Source: an uncultured delta proteobacterium
GTDB taxonomy: Bacteria > Desulfobacterota > Binatia > DP-6
DNA length: 64,000 nucleotides
Assembly: GCA_963815115.1 (NCBI GenBank)
Contig: CAWFFN010000007.1
Span: 832,001 to 896,000 of the forward strand
Direction of reading: 5' to 3'
Below the pieces are notes generated by a model. It worked only from the letters and a program-made list of their open reading frames with translations, ran no database searches and was not told the DNA's origin. The position numbers were made by a program, and so were the translations under genes. How positions within the stretch are numbered: position 1 is the first letter of the stretch; each line of letters starts with the position of its first letter. Of this stretch, positions 51,374-61,926 are shown piece by piece.

Positions 51374-51706
51374 GCCGACACGGCGAAAGCGTCCCCTGCG
51401 TCCGCGGCTGACTCCTCCCCGCCCGCCCGGTCCCCCTGCGCACTACCCTGGATGCTCGGAGGGCAAGGCGTCCGCGCCGGCAGGGCGTCCCGAATGGTGG
51501 CGGCAACGGCCCCGCCCCGCTGCACGGGAGTCTGAGAAGCCCACGCGGGGGGCATCGGTACCAACCCCGCTTCCCGAGCCACCGGCGCCATCGGGGTGGT
51601 ACGGGATGGCAAGACACCGGCCCCAGGGATGTGCACAATGGACCGCTCTCTCGGAGGGCTCCTCGCTGACCGCCCTCCCCCTCACACAACCACGTCGAGG
51701 AGAGCG

Positions 51707-52648
51707 ATGGCGAAACGAGCGGTGAAGAGGATCGACAAGAAGGGGCCCGGGGTGAAGCGGATTCCCGACCTGAAGCCTGGCAGATACGCCGATGGGCTAC
51801 CCTTCAACGACATCCAGTACCTCGAGTGCAAGCTCATCCTGAGGCCGAACCACTTCACGTCGCGCAGGAGCCTGTTCGACTTCGCCAAGCTCCTGCGACG
51901 GCCGGCAGCGGAAGCCAGGGTCGACTGGTCGAGCGCGGAATTCGTCGATGCGCCGCTGCAGATTCGCGAGGTCCTGTTCCTGGATACGACGGACTTCCGG
52001 TTCTACAACAACGCCTTCATCCTGCGACGCCGCATCCCCTACGAAGACGGCTTTCCCGCGGGCGACCCGGAGATCGTGTTCAAGTTCCGCCACCCGGACA
52101 TGCAGACCACCGCCGAACAGGATGTCCGACCCGATATCTTCGGGGACTACCGGATCAAGTTCAAGGCCGAAGCCCTGCCGCTCAAGGACCGGCTCGGCGG
52201 GATCCGCATGCTCTTCTCACACAACGTGGAGTTCCCGTTGAGTCACGTGCACGAGGGTGATCCCACCGCACTCGACACCGTGATGCGCGTGTTCCCGGCC
52301 CTCAAGCGCTTGAAGAAGTCCCCCGGGGAGAAGGTCGAGCTGGTCGGTGCAACGATCGTCGAGGAGGTACTCCAGGACATCGGCATCCTCGACTTCGGAG
52401 GAGGAATGTCCGCCAAGGCGAACGTCGCGCTCTGGCGTGCCCGGGGCGACCACCGGCCGCTCATCGGCGAGTTCGCCTTCGAGCTCAAGTTCAAGCGGCG
52501 GGAGGATCTGGGCGCGAAGGCTTTCAAACGCACCGAGGCGTTCTTCCTGGCCCTCCAGTACGCCGCGAAGGACTGGCTCGCTCTCGGTGCAACCAAGACG
52601 GGCGTGGTCTACCGATTGAAGGGCGCCCCCCCGCACGCCCACGAGTGA
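51707..52648 (+). CDS. Conserved hypothetical protein, possibly CYTH/TTM-like
   Basis: GAGGAG RBS; YLECKLIL, FLDT.DF, ILRRR, FKFR, EFAFELK pattern. Confidence 0.7.
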   Translation: MAKRAVKRIDKKGPGVKRIPDLKPGRYADGLPFNDIQYLECKLILRPNHFTSRRSLFDFAKLLRRPAAEARVDWSSAEFVDAPLQIREVLFLDTTDFRFYNNAFILRRRIPYEDGFPAGDPEIVFKFRHPDMQTTAEQDVRPDIFGDYRIKFKAEALPLKDRLGGIRMLFSHNVEFPLSHVHEGDPTALDTVMRVFPALKRLKKSPGEKVELVGATIVEEVLQDIGILDFGGGMSAKANVALWRARGDHRPLIGEFAFELKFKRREDLGAKAFKRTEAFFLALQYAAKDWLALGATKTGVVYRLKGAPPHAHE

Positions 52649-52704
52649 CTTCGCCCGGCCGTGCCGAGCGACCTGAGCCTGGCGCCAGCGGTCGCCGAAC
52701 GACC

Positions 52705-53250
52705 ATGACGTGGCGCCGTCTTCTACCGGCCGATCTGCTCGGCGTTCGCTTCGCCGTCAACGTGTTCGTCGCGTCCGCAATCCTGTGGTTCCTGCTCCGC
52801 CGCGTCGCGGAGACCAATCCGATCTGGGCCATCGCGTCGATGATCGCGGCGTCCGAGCCGCAGGTACGGGAGGCGGTGCGGATGTTTCGCAGTCGCACCG
52901 TCAACGTGCTCGTCGGATGCGGAGTCGGCCTGCTCTTTCTAGTCGTCGGGGGGGCGAGCGACTGGAAGCTCCCGCTCGCCCTGGCGGTGACCGTGCTCGT
53001 CTCGTCCTACGTGGTCCACATACCGACGATGTGGCGGCAAGCGCCGATCACGGCGGCCATCGTCATCGCCGCGGGCCTGACGCACCATTCCAAGCTGAGC
53101 GGAATCGAGCATGGGCTGCACAAGGTCGCCGAGGTTCTCATCGGTTGCGTCATGGGCCTCGTGGTCAGCTTCCTGATGTCGAAGCTGTGGCCTCTACCGG
53201 ATACCGAGAAGACCACCCCGGCATCGGCGGCCGTGGCAACCCGTCGATGA
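52705..53250 (+). CDS. FUSC/aromatic-acid-exporter-like membrane protein
   Basis: PIWAIASMIA, R..NVLVGC.VGL, EVLIGC; several TM helices. Confidence 0.8.
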   Translation: MTWRRLLPADLLGVRFAVNVFVASAILWFLLRRVAETNPIWAIASMIAASEPQVREAVRMFRSRTVNVLVGCGVGLLFLVVGGASDWKLPLALAVTVLVSSYVVHIPTMWRQAPITAAIVIAAGLTHHSKLSGIEHGLHKVAEVLIGCVMGLVVSFLMSKLWPLPDTEKTTPASAAVATRR

Positions 53251-53294
53251 ACCTGCGTCCCGGAACCCGCCGCGATGCAGCGTGCGGCGGCGGG

Positions 53295-53321
53295 TGTAAC
53301 CACCGACGGCCCTCCGTCGTA
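53295..53321 (+). promoter_or_regulatory. Putative ECF sigma promoter
   Basis: TGTAACC-N16-CGTA followed by ATG at 53330. Confidence 0.45.
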
Positions 53322-53469
53322 TCCCTCCAATGACGTGGCGGGCCAGGCAACACGCGACGGTCGGAGACCGGCAGCGACGGTGGGGGCCGCCCGCCTGGTC
53401 GGCGGGCGGCCCGCAGACGGTGCTCCGGTGCCCCCTCACACCAGCGTCGTCGTCCGGCAGGAGGCTGGA

Positions 53470-54924
53470 TCAGCGATTGTCGGCATCCTGGGGCATGGAC
53501 GCATCGACCGACGGCGAGACGAGCGTGAACGGACCGCTCTGCACCCAGGCCCGCTGACTCGGGGCGAAGCGCGGAGCCAGGAGCCCGTCGTTGATCTCGC
53601 GCGTCACGGCGAACCGGTTGAATTGCGTCGCGGGGATGAAGAGACGGTCGTTCGAGAGCCCGCCGTCGGAGAAGTCCTCGAGATCGACCTCGACCGCCGT
53701 GAGAATGCCGTCGCCGTCGAGGCCGCCGGTGTCGACGCGTGCGACCTCCGCCCGGTAGGCGTCGAACAGGCGGGTGGGCAGCGGTACGCCCGGCTCGAAG
53801 GAAGCCACGCGCACGAAGGTATCGAGCATGATCTCGTTGGCGAGCCCGCTCGGGATGAAGCGCAGCCGCTTTTCCTTGTGCTCGTCGTTGAGCACCATGC
53901 CGCGGTCGGGGTCGCTGGGACTCGTGTCGAGGAGACGGTCGGGATCGCGGGGGTTGTTCGGGTTGTCACCGACCAGCAGCGGGTCGTGCGTGCCGCCCGT
54001 GAAGCCGGGGCCGGTCGGTCCGGTCCCGGAGGGCCCGGAGCCGGGGACCACCGAGGAGAGGAAGGCGAGCCGACCCTGCGCGAACTCGTCGGCGAAGCCC
54101 CCCGTGAACGGCAGCTCGTAGAGCGGGAAGACCCAGTCCGTGTACTGATTGAACTCCCAGTACGAGTGGCAATCGCTCTGCTGGAGACAGTTGTACGCGC
54201 CCATCGAGAGCATGATGGGTACGACGTTCGCCTGCACGTCGGGGAAGTGATCGCTGGCGCTCGGCAGGCGTGGCGGATTGCCGTCGCGTGTGAAGACGTG
54301 GGTCGGGACGTTGTTGCCGCCGCCGATGGCCTGGAGCGCCATCGCGTCGTCCTGCGTGATCATCCCGAACTGCGGAGTCCCGTCACTGCGCAGTGGCCCG
54401 ACGTCGGGCACGACGACGTCGTGGATCATCCAGCCCTCGTACCAGCCCGACTCGTTGTTGATGACGAAGAGCGGGGAGATGTCCGTGAAGATGTCGATGA
54501 ACGCGCCCGGGTCATTCGGGTCGGTGGGCAATCCCGGCTTTGGCTCGAGCAGGAGGCGCACGGAGCCCAGCGTGGGGGTATCGTGATTGGCGCCCGTCGC
54601 CGTGGGGGCGACACCGTCGTTGATGCCCGGGATCGTGACGGTGAAGACGTTGGGCTGGAATCCGGTCGTGTCGAGCAGGAAGTAACCGAAGAGCTGACTC
54701 GGCGTCGCCGCCTCCGAGAACACCGTGAGCGGGGGAAAGCTGTGCGGCCGCTGCGCGAGCTCGACGAGGCGTGCCTTCAAGGGGTCGGGCAGGTGGCGAA
54801 CGTCGTCCCGGCGGTCGATTCCCCGGCTGCCCCGTGGCGGCGGCGCGGCGCTGGCGGGACGGGCGCCCACCGTGGCGACCAGGCACGTCGCGACGACCAG
54901 TGACTGCAGTACGGAGGGTTTCAT
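53470..54924 (-). CDS. Secreted hypothetical protein (about 484 aa)
   Basis: AAAGGAG RBS, signal peptide, coding-like composition, no family recognised. Confidence 0.8.
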   Translation of the reverse strand: MKPSVLQSLVVATCLVATVGARPASAAPPPRGSRGIDRRDDVRHLPDPLKARLVELAQRPHSFPPLTVFSEAATPSQLFGYFLLDTTGFQPNVFTVTIPGINDGVAPTATGANHDTPTLGSVRLLLEPKPGLPTDPNDPGAFIDIFTDISPLFVINNESGWYEGWMIHDVVVPDVGPLRSDGTPQFGMITQDDAMALQAIGGGNNVPTHVFTRDGNPPRLPSASDHFPDVQANVVPIMLSMGAYNCLQQSDCHSYWEFNQYTDWVFPLYELPFTGGFADEFAQGRLAFLSSVVPGSGPSGTGPTGPGFTGGTHDPLLVGDNPNNPRDPDRLLDTSPSDPDRGMVLNDEHKEKRLRFIPSGLANEIMLDTFVRVASFEPGVPLPTRLFDAYRAEVARVDTGGLDGDGILTAVEVDLEDFSDGGLSNDRLFIPATQFNRFAVTREINDGLLAPRFAPSQRAWVQSGPFTLVSPSVDASMPQDADNR

Positions 54925-55078
54925 TGCGGTCTCCTTTCGACGCGCGCGGATGCGCGCGCGTGCTGACCTGTCATCGACATACTTGTCCCGCAGCACCGCG
55001 CTCGTTACCGCGCAAACATTTCTTGCACGGCGTGGCGTTTTGCCCCGCGCGCGAGTCGATGCCGACTCGGAGCCTCGG

Positions 55079-55630
55079 ATGACACCGCGGAATCCGTTCA
55101 CGGGTGAAGGCCGCGGGCCGCGCCGCGCATGCTGGATGGCGCTGGTCCAGGCGGGCGACCGCGAGGCGTATCGCTCGCTGCTCGATGACCTCGGACCGGA
55201 GGTCAAGACGTACCTCCGGCGACGGCTCGCCAACTCGCAGGAGCTCGAGGATGTGTACCAGGAGGTGGTGCTCGCGATCCACGTCTCGCGACACACCTAC
55301 GAGCCCGCGCGACCCGTCGAGCCGTGGGTGTTCGCGATTGCCGCCCACGTGCTCGCGCGTCAACTCAGGCGCTCGCGGCGACGGGTCACGCGGGAGGTGC
55401 TGATGGACGACGTGCCGGCGGAGCCCCTGAGAGCCGGCGGACCGTCAGCCGCCGAGGTCTGGCAGGCGCTCGAGCGGCTGCCGCGGCAGCAGCGCGAGGC
55501 GCTGGAGCTGCTGCGCCTCGCGGGCCTCTCGACCGACATGGCGGCCACGGTAGCCGGCACGACGGTGGGCGCGCTCCGGGTGCGCGCCCACCGCGCCCAC
55601 AAGACCCTGCGCGCGATCCTCTTCGGATGA
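55079..55630 (+). CDS. ECF sigma factor (SigF/ECF16-like)
   Basis: QAGDREAYR.LL, EDVYQEVVLAIH.SRHTYEP.RP..PW, LP..QREA, RVRAHRA. Confidence 0.88.
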   Translation: MTPRNPFTGEGRGPRRACWMALVQAGDREAYRSLLDDLGPEVKTYLRRRLANSQELEDVYQEVVLAIHVSRHTYEPARPVEPWVFAIAAHVLARQLRRSRRRVTREVLMDDVPAEPLRAGGPSAAEVWQALERLPRQQREALELLRLAGLSTDMAATVAGTTVGALRVRAHRAHKTLRAILFG

Positions 55631-55805
55631 CCTACCGAACCGCCGATTGAAGCAGGCGTTCCCGGCGAGGAGAGATCGCTTGCCTGGCACGTACCACCCA
55701 CGCTACCAGCCGAGGGGCTGGGAGCTTCGACCCGGTCGCCGGTGAAAGTCGCAGGCGCCCGCGCAGCCGACGACTTCCGCCTGAAGTTTCTCGAGAGGAG
55801 ATCGC

Positions 55806-57293
55806 ATGGGCGACGAAACCACAGTGCTCGACGGCGCCGCGGCTCGCCACCTCCTGCGCCGCACGGGCTTCGGCGCGATGCCCCTCGATCTGGCGCAGTT
55901 CGTGGGGCTCACCCGGGGCGAGGCAGCCGACCGTCTGCTCGCCTTCGCCCCGAAGGGCTTCCTGCCCTCGGGCCCGGATTTCCCGACCGCCGTGTCGAAG
56001 TGGATCAAGTACATGCTCAAGACGCGCGCCCCATTGCAGGAGAAGCTCGTCCTCTTCTGGCACGATCACTTCGCCACCGGGTTCTCCAAGGTCCAGAGCG
56101 TGCGACTGATGGGCACGCAGAACAGGACGATTCGCCTGAGCTGTCTCGGCGACATGCGCGTGCTCGTGAAGGCCCTGAGCAGAGATGCGGCCATGATCGA
56201 ATGGCTCGACACGGTCCGCAACCACAAGGACCTGCCGAACGAGAACTACGCCCGCGAGCTGCAGGAGCTGTTCACGCTCGGAGTGCTCGATCTGCGGGGC
56301 AACCCGAACTACACGCAGACCGACGTCGAACAGATCGCGCGCGCGTTCACGGGGTGGACCTACGACCACGGCCACGGCACCGTCTCCTTCGACGACGGCG
56401 ACCACGATTACATCGCCGACTTCCCGAGCCGCGGGGGCGGGACGAAGCGCATCTTCGCCTCCACGGGCGCCTTCGCCACGCCGCCGCACTTCGATCAGCC
56501 CGAGGGCGACAGCGAGATCGATCAGGTCGTCGACATCATCTTCCAGCACCGCGACACCGACCTGAAGAACACCGTGGCCCGGCGGACGACCCGGCGACTT
56601 CTCGAGTACTTCTGTCACGGCGGCTGGGCGACGCCCGACGCGGTGATGATCCAGACGATGGACGACGAGATCGTTGTGCCGTCGGGGTTCGATCGGACGT
56701 TCATCATCCGCGACGTGCTGCGCGCCATCTTCGTCCACGACGTCTTCTACGCCACGATGGAGGCGGCGCCCTTCAGCGTCGGCACGGCAAAGTCGGTGAA
56801 GTGGCCGGTCGACTATGCGCTCAGCACCATGCGCCTGCTCGGCGCGAACCCGAAGGGCAAGCATCTCGGCGTTCAGGGCGGCAGCTACACCCCCATCGCC
56901 GATCATCTGCGCGACATGGGTCAGACGCTCCTGGACCCGCCAAGCGTGTTCGGCTGGGATTGGGAGACCGCCTGGATCAGTAGCGCGACGCTACTCGCGC
57001 GTTGCAACTTCGCGCGCGACATCATCGGCTCGCGACACGGCGGAGGCCGGTTCCGGCCGGAGAAGCTGATCGATCTCAACCTGACGCAGCCCGGCGAGAT
57101 CGTCGATGCGGTCACCGACGTCCTCGGGGTCACCGATCAGCTCGTCTCCGAGGAGCGCCAGGTGCTGATCGACTACCTGACCGACAGCGGCACCAGCTCG
57201 ACCATCAACCTGCACGACCCCACCCTGCGCAACATCAAGCTCAATGGACTCTTCGGGCTGGTGGTGCAGGCACCGGTCTGTCAGCTCCACTAG
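55806..57293 (+). CDS. DUF1800-family protein
   Basis: ARHLLRRTGFG, LQEKL.LFWHDHF, PNENYARELQELFTLG, ARAFTGW, PPSVFGW. Confidence 0.92.
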   Translation: MGDETTVLDGAAARHLLRRTGFGAMPLDLAQFVGLTRGEAADRLLAFAPKGFLPSGPDFPTAVSKWIKYMLKTRAPLQEKLVLFWHDHFATGFSKVQSVRLMGTQNRTIRLSCLGDMRVLVKALSRDAAMIEWLDTVRNHKDLPNENYARELQELFTLGVLDLRGNPNYTQTDVEQIARAFTGWTYDHGHGTVSFDDGDHDYIADFPSRGGGTKRIFASTGAFATPPHFDQPEGDSEIDQVVDIIFQHRDTDLKNTVARRTTRRLLEYFCHGGWATPDAVMIQTMDDEIVVPSGFDRTFIIRDVLRAIFVHDVFYATMEAAPFSVGTAKSVKWPVDYALSTMRLLGANPKGKHLGVQGGSYTPIADHLRDMGQTLLDPPSVFGWDWETAWISSATLLARCNFARDIIGSRHGGGRFRPEKLIDLNLTQPGEIVDAVTDVLGVTDQLVSEERQVLIDYLTDSGTSSTINLHDPTLRNIKLNGLFGLVVQAPVCQLH

Positions 57294-57313
57294 ACGGCGG
57301 CGGGAGCTCTCGA

Positions 57314-58729
57314 ATGGCGATCACGCGACGACAGTTCATCCAGCGCACCGGCCTGGTCACCGCGGGCACGCTCCTCGGGCCGCGCCTGTTCGACAATCCG
57401 TTCGTCCGCGAGGCGCTCGCGTCGACGATCGGCGATCGTTACTTCGTCATCATCTATCTCGACGGCGGCAACGACGGGCTCAACACCGTCGTCCCGTTCG
57501 CGAGCGGCGCGCTCCGCGCGGCTTACGACGGCTACCGGCAGACGGGGGGCGGTGGTCTGAACATCTCGCAGGCGTCGCTCGCTGCCACCCCGATCGGGAA
57601 CGACCCCGGCAGTGGCAGCCAGCTGGCGCTGCACCCCGCCCTCGCCGGGTTGAAGCAGCTCTACGATCTCGGCCAGGTCGCCGTCGTCCAGGGCTGTGGG
57701 TACCCCGGCTATAGCATGTCGCACGATCAGGCGCGGAGCATCTGGCGGTCTGCGAACCCGGGGGTGGCGGGAGCATACACCGGCACCGGGTGGGTCGGCC
57801 GGCACCTGGCCTACCCGGGCAACTATACGGGGATCGACGTGCCGGCAGTGACCATCGGCAGCTCGATCGCCCCGGAGCTCCGCCAGACGGCCACGGGCGA
57901 GCTCGCCATCACCCGCCTCCGCGACTTCAGCTTTCCGTACGACGAGTTCAACCCGGACGACGTGAGCGCGAAACGGACTGCCTTCGACGCCCTCTACGAC
58001 GCCCTGGCGAGCAGCGATCCTCAGCCGGCGAAGCGGTATCTCGGTAGCAGCGGTGCAGCGATGCTGGTCAGCACCGAGAGCTATCCCGGGCTCGACCAAG
58101 ACTACGAGCGGGATCGCGCTCCGTTCAACGGCCGGTACGACGCCATCGGCAGCGGTGCGGCGCGCGACATGCGCGAGATCGCCAAGATCATCTACGGCGT
58201 GGAGCGGGGCGTCGCGGGCGTGAGCGGGCGCTTCTTCCAGGTGAGCCACGGCGGCTTCGATACCCATGCCGATCAGGGCGGCGCGGAGCCCGACGGCCTG
58301 CACTACGACCTCCTCCGGGGCATCGGAGACTCCCTCAAGGTGTTCTGCGACGATCTCACCGACATGGGGGCGATCGACCGGGTCACCGTACTCGTGTGGA
58401 GCGAGTTCGGGCGGCGGATTCCCCAGAACAACAGCGGCACCGACCACGGCTCGCAGTGCCCCTTGTTCGTCATCGGCGGCTCGGTGGTCGGCGGCGTCTA
58501 CGGCTGCCACCCCGACATCCTGCACATCGACGTCAATGAGAACACGGCCTACACGCAAGGCGCAGGCCCTCATCGCTCCACCGACCTTCGCGACGTCTAC
58601 GGCACCGTGTTGAAGCACTGGCTGAACGTGCCGCCGGCGCAGATCCTGAGCGGCATTTTGCAGCTGGACCCTGGCGATCCCGCCTTCAACTGGACGACGG
58701 CGAATTTCGATCTGGGGTTCCTTGCATAG
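57314..58729 (+). CDS. DUF1501-family Tat-exported protein
   Basis: TRRQFI Tat motif, GGNDGLNTVVP, GGFDTHA.Q, SEFGRR, GTDHG. Confidence 0.92.
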   Translation: MAITRRQFIQRTGLVTAGTLLGPRLFDNPFVREALASTIGDRYFVIIYLDGGNDGLNTVVPFASGALRAAYDGYRQTGGGGLNISQASLAATPIGNDPGSGSQLALHPALAGLKQLYDLGQVAVVQGCGYPGYSMSHDQARSIWRSANPGVAGAYTGTGWVGRHLAYPGNYTGIDVPAVTIGSSIAPELRQTATGELAITRLRDFSFPYDEFNPDDVSAKRTAFDALYDALASSDPQPAKRYLGSSGAAMLVSTESYPGLDQDYERDRAPFNGRYDAIGSGAARDMREIAKIIYGVERGVAGVSGRFFQVSHGGFDTHADQGGAEPDGLHYDLLRGIGDSLKVFCDDLTDMGAIDRVTVLVWSEFGRRIPQNNSGTDHGSQCPLFVIGGSVVGGVYGCHPDILHIDVNENTAYTQGAGPHRSTDLRDVYGTVLKHWLNVPPAQILSGILQLDPGDPAFNWTTANFDLGFLA

Positions 58730-58807
58730 CGCGGGAGCGAGCCGGTGAGCGCCGAAAGATGTCGCCGTCGACGCTGATCGCACTGCAGGTGCTCGCCACC
58801 GCCTCGG

Positions 58808-59758
58808 TCAGCGTTCACCGTGAGGGCCGCGGACCGGCGCAGGGAGCTGGAACCCGGCCGTCCGACCAGCGTTGAAGGACGTCGTGCGCCACCCGCCGCC
58901 AGGCAGGGCGCGCCGGCGGACCTTCCCGGCCACGCTGTCGGAATCGACCAGACGCATCCCCTCCTGGTGGCCGATCACCTTCCACGCAAAGTCCTCGACC
59001 TTGCCCTCGAAGAAGAACCCATCGTCCTGGCTGGAATCGGATCCGAGGTAGCCGTCGGAGCGGTTCGCCGGCGAGACCGACCGCACCCGTCGGAGTGACG
59101 GGACGTAGACCCAGCTCGCGTCGCGCTTGCCGGGGTCCTTGTAGCGGTAGCCCAGCGTCGCCGTTCCATTCACGTCCACGGGACTCTTCGAGACCGCGAG
59201 GAACTGGACGAGCAGGTTCTCGGGATTGGTCGCGGGCGAGTACTGCCGGGGCTGCCCGTCGTAGTACAGCGCGTAGACGTCCTCTGCCACCGAGCGCTCG
59301 ACCCCCGTGCGGTTCACCCAGTTGAGCGTCGTCCAGTTCCGGCTGTTGCCGCCGATGTAGTAGGCGTAGCTGAGATTCCAGATCACCTTGTACCCGGCGT
59401 CCGGGTCGTTCATCTGGATGTCGGGGAACGGCAGACCCGAGATGTAGTCCGGCCGGGTGTCCGTGCTCCGGTCGACGGGCTCGCGCTTCGGGCTGAGGAC
59501 CAGGCGTTCCCCGTTCTGCCGTGTCGTCTCGTCGGCGCCGTCGTCCCAGCGGCAGCTGGAGTCGGGGAACTCGACCACCTGGTTGTAGTACTCGCCCTTC
59601 TTGTAGTGCTGGTATATCTCGGGCGGCAGCAGGTCCTTCGCGTCGTCGGCCGTGGATGCGTCCAGCATCATCCCCGGCTTCACCTCCGAGTTCGCGGGCG
59701 ATCCCGACCCCAGGGCGAGCCAGATTCCGAGCGCGATTGCCGCACCAGGATTCTTCAT
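58808..59758 (-). pseudogene. DUF1329-family protein, C-terminally truncated
   Basis: GLPFP, W.YVPSLRRVR....NRSD..LGSD...DD; ends after about 316 aa with no C-terminal part visible. Confidence 0.7.
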
Positions 59759-60348
59759 CAGATGATCACCGCCTTCGGCCTGGTTCATCGGTTCACACCG
59801 CGCAATTCGGCTGCCTAGCGCGGGCGACACCGTCGTCGGCCTGGAACACCTGGTGTACGCTTCAGCCAGCTCGAGCCACGGGCCAGCGTGGTGCAGCCTT
59901 CACAGCGTTGGCCGTCCGGTCTCGCGCTACGCGGCGGTCGCACCGGGCGCACACGTCAGGTCAACGAGGAGCACGACAGATAGCCTGTTCATCAATGACC
60001 GCTCTTCTCGTCTCTGGGTGGCTTACTGTAGCACAGGGTAGAACTCCAGTAAGCAGTGCGCAAGCGCAGATCGCCATCCTCGAGCCGCGGAACCCCCCCG
60101 CCCCACCTCGGCCATCCGCGGGAATTCCGGCAAGCTCCCCGTTCGCGCTAGATGCATCGGAATAGTCTCGGCGCGCACGAGCCGTCTCATCACATCAGCC
60201 TGCTGCGCGCTCATGGACAGCCGATTGATCCCGACCGAGATCATCGAATCCGTCTACGCGCGGAATGACACGATCCACGTCGGACTCCTGGGACGCCGTG
60301 ACGAGGCGCAACGGTAGCGCCCACGCCGAGACGGCCTGGCGGTCGTCC

Positions 60349-60768
60349 TCACGCCCCGCCGCATCTATGCTCCGAGTCCGCTAGCCGCCAGGTGTCGTGT
60401 GTGCGCAGATTGGTGGTCTTGTAAATGCGGCCACGGTTGTCGCCCTTGGGACAATTGCGCGGGATGGAGACAAGGCAGATCCGGACCGGATCGCCCGCCC
60501 GCGACTGCTCGATCGCTGGAACGGTGTCGTACGAGAGCTGAACGCCGCCATTCGCGAAGCGCACCGCGCTGCCGGAGCCCCGCATGGGCTGGTTGGTGAC
60601 GCCGTCGACCAGACGCGTCTCGACCGACTTGATCGTCGTCTCTGCGCAGGCGCCGACCTTCTTCGGCAATTCACCCGCGAGAGCCGGCGCCGCCAGCGTG
60701 GCGGCGAGGCCGCCCAACAAAAGCATCCGACGTCGTACACCGATCATCGAAGCCTCCTTTCCTACCAT
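60349..60768 (-). CDS. Small secreted 4-Cys hypothetical protein
   Basis: Signal peptide; GSAV.FANGG.Q.SYD, CLVSIP.NCPKGD.RG, HRCGGA. Confidence 0.75.
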   Translation of the reverse strand: MVGKEASMIGVRRRMLLLGGLAATLAAPALAGELPKKVGACAETTIKSVETRLVDGVTNQPMRGSGSAVRFANGGVQLSYDTVPAIEQSRAGDPVRICLVSIPRNCPKGDNRGRIYKTTNLRTHDTWRLADSEHRCGGA

Positions 60769-60877
60769 GAAGTGGAGAGGATGGCGGAGCGAGCGTTTCC
60801 TCGAGGCCGCGGCCGCCGCCCGGCCGCCGGAGACAGGCGGCCAGCAACTACGCTAGGATGGACGCGTGGCTGCTGCA

Positions 60878-61846
60878 ATGAATCGCGACGTCGTCCTCAT
60901 CACCGGCGGCAATTCCGGCATCGGCTTCGAGTGCGCCCGCGAGCTCGCACGCGCGGGCTGGCACGTTGTCATCGCGAGCCGCGACCGACGGGCATCGGCG
61001 AAGGCCGTGCGCCGGATCGCCGGCGAGAGCGGCGACGGCGCCGCTTCGGAGATGGGTCTCGACCTCGGCTCGACGGCGTCGGTACGTGCGCTCGCCCGGG
61101 AGATACAGGGACATGCCGGCCTCCGCGCGCTCGTCTGCAACGCCGGGCTCCAGATGACGACGGGCCCGCGGCTCTCGGCCGACGGTTACGAGGTCACGTT
61201 CGCCGTCAATCACCTCGGGCACTTCCTGCTCACGAACCTGCTCTTCCGGCAGCTCGTCGCGAACGGGCCGGCCCGCATCGTCGTGGTCGCCTCCGGCGTC
61301 CATGATCCGACACGCTGGACGGGCATGCCGAAGGCGAGCATCACCGACATCCCGACGCTCGCGGCGACCGGCGGCCCGCGCGCCGGCGAGTTCAACGGCC
61401 GGCTCGCCTACGTGAACAGCAAGCTCTGCAACCTCTGGTTCGTCTACGAGCTCGCACGGCGGATCGAGGGCGCGGGCCTCGGGCGGGACGGCCGTGGCGT
61501 CACGGTGAACGGCTTCGATCCCGGCCTGGTCCCGGGCTCCGGGCTCGGACGCGACTATGCGGCGCCACTCCGGTTCGTCTGGAACACGATCCTGCCCGGC
61601 GTGGCCCGCGTGCTCACCCCGGTCGTGCCGACGATCAACCCGGCGCCGAAGTCGGGCCGCGCGCTCGCACGATTGGTCGTCGATCCCGCGCTCGCGGGGG
61701 TCACGGGCAGGTACTTCCCGTCGCATGCACGCTGGCGGGAGGCTCCGTCGTCCGACGCCTCCTACGACGTCGAGCGGGCGCGTGCCCTCTGGACCGAGAG
61801 CGTCCGGATGAGCGGCCTCGCGCCGGTCGAGTCCCCGCTCGCCTGA
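60878..61846 (+). CDS. SDR oxidoreductase (retinol dehydrogenase/protochlorophyllide reductase-like)
   Basis: ITGGNSGIG, CNAG, FAVNHLGHF, YVNSKLCN. Confidence 0.92.
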   Translation: MNRDVVLITGGNSGIGFECARELARAGWHVVIASRDRRASAKAVRRIAGESGDGAASEMGLDLGSTASVRALAREIQGHAGLRALVCNAGLQMTTGPRLSADGYEVTFAVNHLGHFLLTNLLFRQLVANGPARIVVVASGVHDPTRWTGMPKASITDIPTLAATGGPRAGEFNGRLAYVNSKLCNLWFVYELARRIEGAGLGRDGRGVTVNGFDPGLVPGSGLGRDYAAPLRFVWNTILPGVARVLTPVVPTINPAPKSGRALARLVVDPALAGVTGRYFPSHARWREAPSSDASYDVERARALWTESVRMSGLAPVESPLA

Positions 61847-61926
61847 GGGGGCAGCGCCTGCGACGATCGGGGTGACCGAACGCCCAGTTCTCCTCGTCGG
61901 GAGCGATATCCGTCTCGACGCCTCGG

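Noticed and set aside
51374-51706. Possible riboswitch in the long leader
   Set aside because: GC-rich hairpins are present but no conserved aptamer motif was recognisable
60878-61846. Light-dependent protochlorophyllide reductase or photosynthesis signal
   Set aside because: Generic SDR of that subfamily, with no chlorophyll genes in the window
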